A stretch of 64,000 nt of DNA from an uncultured Gemmatimonadales bacterium (GTDB lineage: Bacteria; Gemmatimonadota; Gemmatimonadetes; Longimicrobiales; RSA9), in the NCBI GenBank assembly GCA_963708135.1, contig OY970192.1, forward strand, positions 1,248,001-1,312,000. Direction: 5' to 3'. The position numbers were made by a program, and so were the translations under genes. Each line of letters starts with the position of its first letter. Position 1 is the first letter of the stretch. The notes under the pieces were generated by a model. It searched no databases, was not told where the DNA came from, and worked only from the letters and a program-made list of their open reading frames with translations. Below, in pieces: positions 9,299-20,515 of the stretch.

Positions 9299-9586
9299 AT
9301 GCGGGAGGGGCAGAGCCTGGCCGAATACGCCGGGCTGCTCGCGCTCATCGCGGCCGCCCTGCTGCTTGCCATCCTCGCCCTCAACGGCTCGGTGGCCAGC
9401 GCTTACTCGCGCGCGGCGTACCGGCTGTCGGTCGCCGCGGACGCGGCAGCTTCGCCCGCGCACCCCCCCGGCACCACGAGCGATCCGGTGGGCGGCGGCA
9501 CCGGCGGGGGATCGGGCGATCCTTCTGGCGGCGCGCCGGGCAATTCCGGCGGTCACCGCCAGAACCCCCCGGGCCACGGCCACTGA
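9299..9586 (+). CDS. Flp/type IVb pilin-like protein with Gly/Pro-rich tail
   Basis: G|QSLAEYAGLLALIAAALLLAILAL is a class III signal peptide with the Flp E5-Y6 motif; alternative start at 9269. Confidence 0.7.
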   Translation: MREGQSLAEYAGLLALIAAALLLAILALNGSVASAYSRAAYRLSVAADAAASPAHPPGTTSDPVGGGTGGGSGDPSGGAPGNSGGHRQNPPGHGH

Positions 9587-9617
9587 TCGACCCTCCTTCT
9601 CCCGATCCATCCCCGAC

Positions 9618-10478
9618 CTACGCGGCGACCTCCTCCCCATCCTCCTCCGGCGCGTTCGCCGCGTACGGCAGGCGCACCCCGCTCCGCACCGCCGATCGGA
9701 TGTAGAGCACGAGCGGCGGCAGCAGGACCAGCAGCACCAGCGCCGCCCAGGGAAAACCCCGGCGCAGCTGGGCGAGGTCCGGCCCGTGCGCCGGCGAGCC
9801 CGGCAGCGCCGGGATCGCGCCCGCCAGCACGGCGGCCGCGTTGTTCACCGCATGGATCCCGATCGTGAGCCACAGCGAGCCGGTCCGCAGGTAGATCGCG
9901 CACAGCGTGAGCCCCAGCAGGAAGGCGCCCGGCTTGTTCGCGTGCAGCAGCGAGAACCCCAGCGAGCTGAGCAGCACGGCCGGCAGCACACCCCACCGGC
10001 GCGCCCACCGGTGCAGCAGCACCCCGCGGAACGTCAGCTCCTCCAGCGGCGGCGCCACCACCAGGATCACCGTGCCGAGCAGGATCGCACGCAGCACCGG
10101 GAAGGACCGCCCCAGGTCGAACATCGCGCTCTCGCGCGGGATCGCCCCGAGCACCGCCCGCACGTACCCCGGCGCCACGAACGATAGGCCGCCGTATACC
10201 CCTACGAACGCCGCCAGCGACAGGATCGGCAGCCCCGCTCCCACGAGCAGCACCCGCCACGCGCCCGGACCCGGCATCGGGCCCAGCAATCGCGATGTGT
10301 CCAGCCCGTAGCGCCGCTCCAGCCAGAGCAGCCACGCCGCCAGCGTTCCCTCCAACAGGAACGCGAGCCCCACCGCCGCCGCGTGAATGCCGTACAGCAC
10401 CACCCCGAGCACGAGCGTCCCGAGCCACCACCAGACCAGGTGCCGGACGCGGATGCGGTCGAAGACGGACACGGGCAC
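9618..10478 (-). CDS. CPBP (Abi/CAAX) intramembrane metalloprotease
   Basis: APPLEELTFRG (EExxxR), FSLLH and HAVNN motifs; multiple TM helices. Confidence 0.92.
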   Translation of the reverse strand: MPVSVFDRIRVRHLVWWWLGTLVLGVVLYGIHAAAVGLAFLLEGTLAAWLLWLERRYGLDTSRLLGPMPGPGAWRVLLVGAGLPILSLAAFVGVYGGLSFVAPGYVRAVLGAIPRESAMFDLGRSFPVLRAILLGTVILVVAPPLEELTFRGVLLHRWARRWGVLPAVLLSSLGFSLLHANKPGAFLLGLTLCAIYLRTGSLWLTIGIHAVNNAAAVLAGAIPALPGSPAHGPDLAQLRRGFPWAALVLLVLLPPLVLYIRSAVRSGVRLPYAANAPEEDGEEVAA

Positions 10479-10611
10479 GCTCCAGGAGGGCGAGTCGAAA
10501 AACTCGCAATATACGCCGGCTGCGTCTCAGCGCTCCTCCGTCCCTCTGCGAGAGATGGTTACGCGATGCAGCCGCGGCCTCGGCCGACTCATCCGCTCTC
10601 CAGCGCCGCGG

Positions 10612-11064
10612 CTATGACCCCCCGCGCACCAGCCGCTCCACCAGGGCCGCCGATCGCTCCAGCTGGCGCAGCTCCGCCGGCGCTGCGGCGGCCAGCAGAT
10701 CCGCCAGCCTCGCCACCCGCCGCGCCCGACCCGCCTCCAGCACGCGCCTCCCCTCCGCCGTCGCCCGCACCCGCACCACTCGCCCATCGTCCGCGCCACG
10801 CTCCCGCGCCACCAGCCCCTCCGCCTCCAGCGCGCTCACCAGCCGACTCATCGTGGGGGCGCGCACCTGCTCCGCCGCCGCCAGCTCGCCCAGCGCGCGA
10901 GGCCCCCCGAACACCAGCACCGACAGCGCCGACAGCCGCGCCGCCGACACCCCCGCCGCCGCGTCCTCCCGCCGCACTGCTCGCAGCAGGTGGATCGCGG
11001 CAGAATGCAGCCGGTCCGCGACCTCGCGCGGCTCCGGCCCCGAAGTGCTTGGCTCCCGTCCCAT
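10612..11064 (-). CDS. MarR family transcriptional regulator
   Basis: LGELAAAEQVRAPTMSRLVSALEAEGLVAR...DGRVVRVRATAEGR winged helix. Confidence 0.93.
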   Translation of the reverse strand: MGREPSTSGPEPREVADRLHSAAIHLLRAVRREDAAAGVSAARLSALSVLVFGGPRALGELAAAEQVRAPTMSRLVSALEAEGLVARERGADDGRVVRVRATAEGRRVLEAGRARRVARLADLLAAAAPAELRQLERSAALVERLVRGGS

Positions 11065-11069
11065 GCCGC

Positions 11070-11098
11070 ATTATAGTTAGCGCAGCTAATGAAGTCCA
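11070..11098 (-). promoter_or_regulatory. Leaderless sigma70 promoter of marR with operator in the spacer
   Basis: TGGACT-N17-TATAAT-5 nt-ATG; palindrome TTAGC-gca-GCTAA at 11077-11089. Confidence 0.65.
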
Positions 11099-11191
11099 CG
11101 GCGCCCGACGGCTGCCGCAGGCGACGCGGCCGCCGCGCGCCCGTCGCGTGCCGCGGCTTCGTCGTCGCCCGACCCCAGGAGAGGAGGGGAC

Positions 11192-11575
11192 ATGTCCACG
11201 ACTCCGGCAGGGCCCTCGCGGATCGGCCAGATCTCGATTCCGGTGAAGGAGGTGGAGCGGGCGGTGGGGTTCTACCGCGACGCGCTGGGGCTCACGCTGC
11301 TCTTCGAGGTGCCCGGGATGGCGTTCTTCGACTGCGGCGGGGTTCGCCTGATGCTCTCGCGGGCCGAGAGCGCCGAGTTCGACCACCCGGCCTCGGTGCT
11401 CTACTACCGGGTCGCGGACATCGGGGCCGCGCGGGGTCGCATGGCGCAGCGCGAGGTCGAGTTCCGGGACGAGCCGCACAAGGTGGCGGAGCTGCCGGAC
11501 CACGAGCTCTGGATGACGTTCTTCGATGACACGGAGGGGAACGTGGGGGCGCTGATGGAGGAGCGGAGGCGGTAG
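11192..11575 (+). CDS. VOC/glyoxalase family protein
   Basis: IGQISIPVKEVERAVGFYRDALGL...FFDDTEGNVGALME; AGGAGAGGAGG RBS. Confidence 0.92.
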   Translation: MSTTPAGPSRIGQISIPVKEVERAVGFYRDALGLTLLFEVPGMAFFDCGGVRLMLSRAESAEFDHPASVLYYRVADIGAARGRMAQREVEFRDEPHKVAELPDHELWMTFFDDTEGNVGALMEERRR

Positions 11576-11582
11576 CGCGGGC

Positions 11583-11669
11583 GCTTCAACTCTCGTCGCG
11601 GCGATCTCGCGCGCCGATGCTGCCGGCGTGCCTCTCTCTCGCAGAGCCGCCGCGAGAGAGATTCACGCG
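11583..11669 (-). repeat. Dispersed REP-like element, single-unit copy
   Basis: Minus strand CGCGTGAATC-hairpin-GAGAGGCACGCCGGCAGCATCGGCGCGCGAGATCGCC...GAGAGTTGAAGC matches the element at 24421-24710. Confidence 0.7.
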
Positions 11670-12547
11670 ATTGAGCCGGCGGCCTCGCCCGGCTCCGCGT
11701 TCCGGGGGACGAGCTGCTCGGCGGGCGTGAAGAAGGTCCGGCGGTACCAGCGCACGACGAGGGCGGCGGTGGTGGCGACGGCGCCGGCGAGCATGAAGGC
11801 GACGACGATCTGGTAGCGCACGGCGAGGACGGGGGATGCGCCGGCGAGGATCTGGCCGGTCATCATGCCGGGCAGCGCGACGAGCCCGACGACGGCGAGG
11901 CCGTTGACGGTGGGGATGAGCGCGGCGACGAGCGCGCGCCGCTCCGGCCCCTGCGCGGCGCGGGCGGGGCTTGCGCCGAGGGCGAGCCAGGCCTCGATCT
12001 CCGGGCGCCGGCTCTCGATCTCGCCGGCCAGGCGCTCTGCGGCGAGGGCGGCGCCGTTCATGGCGTTGCCGATGATCATGCCGAAGAGCGGGATCAGGTA
12101 CTCCGGGTCGTACCACGGGTGGACGCGCACGACCACGGCGCCGACGTAGGCGAGCGTGAGCCCGGCGCCGATCAGCATGGCGGCGCCGCTGATGGCGAAG
12201 AGGGTGCCGCCGCCGCGTCGCTGCCGGTCCGTGGCGGTCTTCGTGGCGGCGAGGAGCATGACGAGCAGGGCGAGGAGCACGAGGTACCAGCGTCGCACGG
12301 CGAAGAGGTAGAGCAGCACGTACCCGACGGCGGCGAGCTGCACGACGGCGCGCACCGCGCCGATGGCGAGCCCGCGGCCGAGCCCGAGGCGCTGCCAGGC
12401 GGAGATGGCGATCGCCGCGAGAACGAGCGCGGCGGAGAGGGCGACGCGGCCCCAGCCGACCTCGATGGGCGGCCGGCCGACGGCGGCATGCGCGGCCTGG
12501 AGCGTCACCGCGGCGGCGTGGAGCGCTGCGAAGCCGGCGGCGCCCAC
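11663..12547 (-). CDS. fetB: ABC permease, FetB/YbbM (UPF0014) family
   Basis: RAVVQLAAVGYVL...YLIPLFGMIIGNAMN...GLVALPGMMTGQILAGASPVLAVRYQIVV signature. Confidence 0.9.
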   Translation of the reverse strand: MGAAGFAALHAAAVTLQAAHAAVGRPPIEVGWGRVALSAALVLAAIAISAWQRLGLGRGLAIGAVRAVVQLAAVGYVLLYLFAVRRWYLVLLALLVMLLAATKTATDRQRRGGGTLFAISGAAMLIGAGLTLAYVGAVVVRVHPWYDPEYLIPLFGMIIGNAMNGAALAAERLAGEIESRRPEIEAWLALGASPARAAQGPERRALVAALIPTVNGLAVVGLVALPGMMTGQILAGASPVLAVRYQIVVAFMLAGAVATTAALVVRWYRRTFFTPAEQLVPRNAEPGEAAGSIA

Positions 12548-12550
12548 GGC

Positions 12551-13291
12551 TCAGCCGCTCGCCAGGTACGCGCGGGTGCGCGCCTGCCGGGCCTGCCGGA
12601 ACAGCGTCTCGGTCGGGCCGGCCTCGACGACGCGTCCCGCCTCCAGCATGACCGTGTAGCGGCTGGCGGCGCGCGCCTCCGCGAGGCGGTGCGTGACCAT
12701 CACGATGGTGAGGCGCTTCGCCCGCGAGAGGCCCGTCACGGTGGCGATCAGGTGGTCGGCGACCTCGGGGTCGAGGCCGGAGGTCGGCTCGTCCAGGAGC
12801 AGGGCGGCGGGGCGGGTCATGAGGGCGCGGCCGATGCTCACGCGCTGCTGCTCGCCGCCGGAGAGCACGGCGGCGTCCCGCGAGGCGAACGACGGATCGA
12901 GGCCGACCTGCGAGAGCACCTCCTCGACATCCGCGCGGCCGCGCGGGCGCTCCTCCCCCGGCGGCACGAACTCCAGGCCGGCGCACAGGTTGTCGGCCAC
13001 CGTCCCCGCGAACATCGTGGGCTGCTGGAAGACGAAGCCGACGCGGCGGCGGAGCTCACGCACCGGGAGCTCGCCGATCGGACGCCCGTCGAGCTCGATG
13101 GTGCCCGACACGGGGTCGTCGAGGCGGTTCAGTAGCCGGAGCAGCGAGGTCTTGCCGCCGCCGGAGGGGCCCACGAGCGCCGTGACCAGGCCGGCCGCGA
13201 TGGAGAGCTGGATGCCGTCGAGCAGCGTCCGTCCGCCTCGGCGCTGGCGCACGTCACGGAGCACGAACAGGTCGCTTTCGGCGTCTCGCAC
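12551..13291 (-). CDS. ABC ATP-binding protein, FetA-like (start approximate)
   Basis: GPSGGGKTS, LSGGEQQR, LLLDEPTSGLD, VTH; coupled to fetB. Confidence 0.88.
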   Translation of the reverse strand: MRDAESDLFVLRDVRQRRGGRTLLDGIQLSIAAGLVTALVGPSGGGKTSLLRLLNRLDDPVSGTIELDGRPIGELPVRELRRRVGFVFQQPTMFAGTVADNLCAGLEFVPPGEERPRGRADVEEVLSQVGLDPSFASRDAAVLSGGEQQRVSIGRALMTRPAALLLDEPTSGLDPEVADHLIATVTGLSRAKRLTIVMVTHRLAEARAASRYTVMLEAGRVVEAGPTETLFRQARQARTRAYLASG

Positions 13292-13412
13292 GGCCGTCCA
13301 CGCTGGGGGAGAGGGACTGGAGGCTCGCCGCGGCGCGTCCGCTGGCGCGCTCAAGATAGGCGACGCGGGACGCTTTCGCGCCACCGGTCCGTCTGCTACC
13401 CTTCCGTCCCCT

Positions 13413-14153
13413 ATGGAACATGCGCTCGAGGTGCGGAATCTCTCGGTCACCTTCGGCAGGGACCGCGTGCTGCGGGACCTCAGCTTCTCGGTGGAGTCCG
13501 GGAGCACGGTGGCCATCATCGGCCCGAACGGGGCGGGGAAGACGGTGCTCTTCCGCGCGCTGATCGGCACCGTGCCGTACGACGGCGAGGTGCGCTGGGC
13601 GCCGGGGACCCGCATCGGCTACGTCCCGCAGAAGCTGGACATCGAGCGCGACCTGCCGCTGACCGGGCTCGACTTCCTGCGCGCGAAGGCGGAGGTCTCC
13701 GGCACGCCGGCGGGCGAGATGGAGGGCGTGCTCGGCGCGGTCAACCTGCCGCCAGAGGCGGCCGCGCGCCCGATCGGCACCCTGTCGGGCGGGCAGTTCC
13801 AGCGCCTGCTCGTGGCGTTCGCGCTCATGGGCTCGCCCAGCGTGCTCCTGTTCGACGAGCCCACGGCGGGCGTGGACCAGCCGGGCGAGGAGAGCATTTA
13901 CGCGCTGTTCCGCGAGCTGCAGCGGCAGCGGGGATTCACGCTCCTGCTCATCTCGCACGAGATCAACCTGGTCTACCGCTATGCGGACAAGGCGCTCTGC
14001 CTGTCGCACAGTGCCGTCTGCTTCGGCCCGCCGCTGGAGGTGGTGACGACCGATCTGCTGCAGGAGATGTACAGCCCGGGGGTGAAGTTCCACGAGCACG
14101 GCCAGGCGCGCGGCCCCGTCGAGCCCCTCCACGGCCACGGCCATTCGCAATGA
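13413..14153 (+). CDS. Metal (Zn/Mn) ABC ATP-binding protein, ZnuC-like
   Basis: GPNGAGKT, IGYVPQK, LSGGQFQR, FDEPTAGVD; His-rich tail HEHG...HGHGH. Confidence 0.92.
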   Translation: MEHALEVRNLSVTFGRDRVLRDLSFSVESGSTVAIIGPNGAGKTVLFRALIGTVPYDGEVRWAPGTRIGYVPQKLDIERDLPLTGLDFLRAKAEVSGTPAGEMEGVLGAVNLPPEAAARPIGTLSGGQFQRLLVAFALMGSPSVLLFDEPTAGVDQPGEESIYALFRELQRQRGFTLLLISHEINLVYRYADKALCLSHSAVCFGPPLEVVTTDLLQEMYSPGVKFHEHGQARGPVEPLHGHGHSQ

Positions 14154-14926
14154 GCGCGGGCGCTGACGTCCTGAGCCGTCTCGTCCTGCCGCTCGGGATG
14201 GCCGTGGCCGCGGGCCTGGTCGGCTCGGTGGCGGTCATGCGGCGCATGACGCTGGCCTCGGACGCCATCTCCCACGTCGCGCTGCCCGGCATCGGGCTCG
14301 CGCTCCTGCTGCGCGTGAACCCGGTGCTCGGGGCACTGGCCGCGCTGTTCGTCGGCACGTTGCTGGTCTGGGTGGTCGAGCGGCAGAGCCGGATCCCGAC
14401 GGAGGCGGTCATCGGCGTCGTCTTCTCGGCCGCTCTCGCCATCGGCAGCATGATGGCCTCGGGCGACGAGCTGATCGAGGCGCTGTTCGGGGCGCCGCAG
14501 TCGCTCGGCCGCGTGGAGCTCGTGCTGGGCGTCGTGGGCTCGCTGCTGGTGATCGCGTTCATGCTCCGGGCGAGGAGCCGGCTCGTCCTCTCGCTCGTCT
14601 CCGCCGACCTGGCCCGCACCGCCGGCGTGGATGTCGCGCGCGTGGACCTGCTCTTCCTGATGGCTTTCGCGCTCACCGTCGCACTCGGGCTCCGCTACCT
14701 GGGCGTGCTGCTCATGGGCTCTCTCATCATCATCCCCGCCGCCACCGCCAGGCAGCTCGCCCGCAGCCTGGGCGGCATGCAGCTCATCTCCGTCTCGATC
14801 GCCGTCGGCGCCACGCTCGCCGGATCGCTGGCCGCTCCGGCGCTGGGGCTGGAGACCGGCCCGGTCATCATCGTCGTGGCCGCCGCGGCGTTCTTCCTCG
14901 GCCTCGCGGTGCCACGCCCGGGCTGA
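14150..14926 (+). CDS. Metal ABC permease (ABC-3/ZnuB-like)
   Basis: RRMTLASDAISHVALPGIGL and LIIIPAATAR motifs; ATGA overlap with the ATPase. Confidence 0.92.
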   Translation: MSAGADVLSRLVLPLGMAVAAGLVGSVAVMRRMTLASDAISHVALPGIGLALLLRVNPVLGALAALFVGTLLVWVVERQSRIPTEAVIGVVFSAALAIGSMMASGDELIEALFGAPQSLGRVELVLGVVGSLLVIAFMLRARSRLVLSLVSADLARTAGVDVARVDLLFLMAFALTVALGLRYLGVLLMGSLIIIPAATARQLARSLGGMQLISVSIAVGATLAGSLAAPALGLETGPVIIVVAAAAFFLGLAVPRPG

Positions 14927-14952
14927 CCCCGCACCCCTATCCTGGAGGCACA

Positions 14953-15543
14953 ATGGACGGCTACCACATCGCCCTCTTCATCCACCTCTTCGCCATCCTC
15001 GCCGCAACGGCGGCCACGGCGGTCGTTGAGGTCGCACAGACGAGAGGCCGCCGCGCGGCCACCGTGGCCGAGGCGCTCGAGTGGCACGCCTCTGCCGGGC
15101 GGGCGGCCCGGACCTTCCCGGCCGCGGTACTCGCCCTCGTGCTCACCGGCGGCTACATGATCCGGGCGGGCGGCGCGTGGTCGTGGCAGATGGGCTGGGT
15201 CCAGGCCGGACTCACCGGCGCCGTGCTGCTGCTCGCGAGCGGCGCCGTGCTTGGGCCGCGCGCCCGCAGGCGGGGCGACGCGCTGCGCGCGCTGCCGCCG
15301 GCCGCCGCGCCGCCGCCGAACCGCGATGCCGTCATGGGTGCCATCGGCTCGGCCAACCCCGGTCTGGCGCTCGGCGTCGTGTTCGTCATGGCGACGAAGC
15401 CCGCGCTGGCCACCTCGCTTGCGATCCTCCTCATCGGGGCCGCCGCGGGCATCGTGCGGGGCCGCGCCCGCGCGCGCGCCGCGGCCGGCGCAACGGCTCG
15501 AGGTCCGGAGAGGGAGGCGGTCGAGACCGAGCCGGCCTCCTGA
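14953..15543 (+). CDS. Membrane protein (DUF2269-like)
   Basis: YHIALFIHL N-terminus, LTGGYM...WSWQMGWV, FVMATKP; GGAGG RBS. Confidence 0.7.
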   Translation: MDGYHIALFIHLFAILAATAATAVVEVAQTRGRRAATVAEALEWHASAGRAARTFPAAVLALVLTGGYMIRAGGAWSWQMGWVQAGLTGAVLLLASGAVLGPRARRRGDALRALPPAAAPPPNRDAVMGAIGSANPGLALGVVFVMATKPALATSLAILLIGAAAGIVRGRARARAAAGATARGPEREAVETEPAS

Positions 15544-15749
15544 GCCGCGGCCCGGGAGCGCGCGGCGGGCCGCGCCGCCGGCCCGCCGCTCCGCCCTTGC
15601 CGGACCACCGGCTCCCGGGCATCTTGCGCCGCCCGGATGGCGGTGGCACGTGCCGCGCCTCCGGAATGCACGCGGGGCGGCCGCTCATGGCGGCCGCCCA
15701 CCCTCGAATGCTCGCCCCCGGCGGCGCAGCCCCGGGATCGGGAGGTACC

Positions 15750-16046
15750 ATGCGCAGGAGCCACACGCACCGCCCCTTCCGCCTCGGCTCGGCCCTCGCC
15801 GTGGCGTTCGGCGCCGCCCTCGCGGCGGCGGCGTGCCAGGAGAGCCAGCCGCCGGCCCCCGCCCAGCCGGCCGGCATGCATGCCGTGCCGCTGCGCTCGG
15901 GCCAGCCCCAGCCCGGCGGCGGCGCCCCCATGGCGGCCGGCCCCGCGTTCCCCGCCGGAAGCCCCGAGCAGCCCGCCGCCGACACCACCCCGCGGGCCGC
16001 TTCGACCCGGCCCGCGTCCGATACGACCGGCGGCGCCCGCCGGTAG
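15750..16046 (+). CDS. Small low-complexity lipoprotein
   Basis: GGAGG RBS; signal peptide ending AAAC; Pro/Ala-rich mature part. Confidence 0.6.
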   Translation: MRRSHTHRPFRLGSALAVAFGAALAAAACQESQPPAPAQPAGMHAVPLRSGQPQPGGGAPMAAGPAFPAGSPEQPAADTTPRAASTRPASDTTGGARR

Positions 16047-16061
16047 CCGCGCGGCGGGTCG

Positions 16062-18521
<2,460 letters not shown>

Positions 18522-18600
18522 GATTTCCTCTCCTCTCGAGGCTCGGGAGCGCCAATGCTCCCGGACGCAACTTAGGGCGGTGGGATCCGGCGGCGCGAGG

Positions 18601-18682
18601 TGCGGGACGCGGGACGCGGGATGCGCGATGCGGGATGCGGGATGCGGGATGCGAACCCCGCCACGCATCCCGCGTCCCGCAT
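18601..18682. repeat. Heptamer tandem repeat (GCGGGAY)n with inverted partial copy
   Basis: About 7 units at 18602-18652 followed by GCATCCCGCGTCCCGCAT. Confidence 0.8.
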
Positions 18683-18696
18683 TACCGCTCGGGGCG

Positions 18697-19428
18697 CTAC
18701 GCGCCGGGGTGTCGGGATTCAGCCTCCTCCAGCTTCTCCGGCCGGCCTTCCCGCCGCGCCGGCTCGAGCCGCGCCAGCGCGCGCAGGTTGCCCGCGACCC
18801 GGCCGAGCAGCAGCAGGATCATGCCGAGGGCGACCGCCACCCCGATCACATCGAACACCGTCATGCCGATCCCCGCGACCGTGAAGGGCAGGGGCCCCCG
18901 GATGAGCGCGGCCGTGTTCAGCGCGATGAGGATGAGGCGCACCTCCGTCGGCCCGAGCCGTCCGTAGCTCGCGGCGAACTCGCCGAAGGCGTGCGTCTCC
19001 AGATAGACGTTGATCGAGAGCACCAGGTACGCTACCGCAATGCCCAGCCCCACCGAAAGCAGCATGTACGGCGAGAAGCCGAGCCCCAGCCCCACCGCGA
19101 GCGTCGAGTAGGCGTCCGTCAGGTGGTCCAGGTAATAGCCGTAGCGCGGCCGCTCGATCCTGCGCACCCGCGCGAGCGTCCCGTCCAGGCTGTCGCCGAA
19201 CCAGTTCGCCACCAGCGCGCCGTTCACCAGCCACAGCCACGCCGCCGAGCGGTTCGTCAGGATGTAGCCGACCGCCACGGCCGTGGAGGCGGCCAGCCCG
19301 AGCAGCGTCATGTGGTCCGGCACCACCCAGGCGGGCAGCGCGTTCGCCAGCGCCGGCAGGACCCGCCGCTCGAATCGGGCGAGGAGGAACTCCGAGGTTC
19401 GCTGGTGCTTGCCGGCCGGTGCGCTCAT
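18697..19428 (-). CDS. CDP-alcohol phosphatidyltransferase family protein
   Basis: DSLDGTLAR...YGYYLDHLTD signature (DGxxAR...GxxxDxxxD). Confidence 0.93.
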   Translation of the reverse strand: MSAPAGKHQRTSEFLLARFERRVLPALANALPAWVVPDHMTLLGLAASTAVAVGYILTNRSAAWLWLVNGALVANWFGDSLDGTLARVRRIERPRYGYYLDHLTDAYSTLAVGLGLGFSPYMLLSVGLGIAVAYLVLSINVYLETHAFGEFAASYGRLGPTEVRLILIALNTAALIRGPLPFTVAGIGMTVFDVIGVAVALGMILLLLGRVAGNLRALARLEPARREGRPEKLEEAESRHPGA

Positions 19429-19627
19429 CGTCACGCGCTCTCCGCATCGAGGGATGCCGAAGTCTCGCCACGGCGTCGCCGCGGGTCAACGCCACGCGTC
19501 GTCACGGCGCGTGGCATTGGTGGAAATCCATTGATGCGCAATGAGTTGCAGCCACGGATCCGGCATGGAAGGTGCGCATTGCCGCACGCGAGGGTGATTT
19601 GGTATCCCCCTCGATGATGGAGTGGAC

Positions 19628-19655
19628 GGGCGCCCGGTCGCGGGCGCCCTTCTTA
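19628..19655 (+). terminator. GC hairpin + TTCTT in the leader of the small lipoprotein gene
   Basis: GGGCGCCCG-gtcg-CGGGCGCCC-TTCTTA. Confidence 0.5.
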
Positions 19656-19673
19656 CGTTCAGGGAGGGGCGGG

Positions 19674-19841
19674 ATGACGAGCAAGATCACCGGTCTCCGC
19701 GCCGCATTGCTCGCTGCCGCGGCGGTGGCGGCGTGCGGCCCGGCCGTGCAGCAGAGCAGGGGGAGCGGCTTCGACGGCCCGCAGTCCACCGCCGCCGGGA
19801 GCCGCGCCTACGTGCAGGTGTCCTACCGCGTGCTCTACTAG
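19674..19841 (+). CDS. 55-aa putative lipoprotein
   Basis: GGGAGG RBS; MTSKITGLRAALLAAAAVAAC lipobox; ends YVQVSYRVLY. Confidence 0.55.
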   Translation: MTSKITGLRAALLAAAAVAACGPAVQQSRGSGFDGPQSTAAGSRAYVQVSYRVLY

Positions 19842-19967
19842 CCTTTCACGCCCAGGCGACGCCGGGGCCCGCGCGCGCCCGCGCCCGCCGCGTCCGGGGG
19901 TGCGAACGTCCAGCGCACGTGCTCGTACGCGCCGGGGCGGCCGGCCGCGGCACCTCCCGCCTGGCGG

Positions 19968-20264
19968 TCAGTACGTCCCGCTGCCTGTTCCCCCGGTCGT
20001 GGCGGGCGGTGTCGTCCCCGGCGCCGGGGTGGTCGCTCCGCCGGGCGCCGCGGGCGCCGCGCCCGGTGCCGGCGCGGTCGCCGGAGCCGTCGTCGCCGGA
20101 GGCACGGTCGTCCCACGCCGGCCCCACCAGTTGCCCCAGCCCCACCACAGGATGATGATGATGATGATCGCGATGATCACCCACCACCACCACGCGCAGC
20201 CGGCGCGATCCGTGGTCGTCGGCCCGGTCGGCCCACCGGTCGGCGGATTGTTCCTCGTTGCCAT
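19968..20264 (-). CDS. Small Trp/Ile-rich single-TM protein with Pro/Ala/Thr tail
   Basis: GGAGG RBS; WWWWVIIAIIIIIILWWGWGNWW helix. Confidence 0.7.
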   Translation of the reverse strand: MATRNNPPTGGPTGPTTTDRAGCAWWWWVIIAIIIIIILWWGWGNWWGRRGTTVPPATTAPATAPAPGAAPAAPGGATTPAPGTTPPATTGGTGSGTY

Positions 20265-20515
20265 CTCTTCCTCCCAACCTTTCCCCGAACGATTCGGACG
20301 CCGAACCGACGCCCGGTCCGCCGCTGCGGACGCTCTGGTCCCCTCGCGCAACGGGCATGCCGCCGGCGGCGGCAGGACGGGCCAGACGAGAGAGTCTGGT
20401 CGGCGCGGCGCAAGCCGGGAACGGCCATGCTCGGGGCAGTGGGCCGGCAGGCAAGGCGCGGCCGATTGGCCCGCGGCGCCGCCGGGCGCTACCATATCGG
20501 GAGCAGGGAGGTGGA

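Noticed and set aside
20151..20170. (GAT)n tract as a phase-variation switch
   Set aside because: In-frame triplet encoding the poly-Ile TM helix; length change would not shift the frame.
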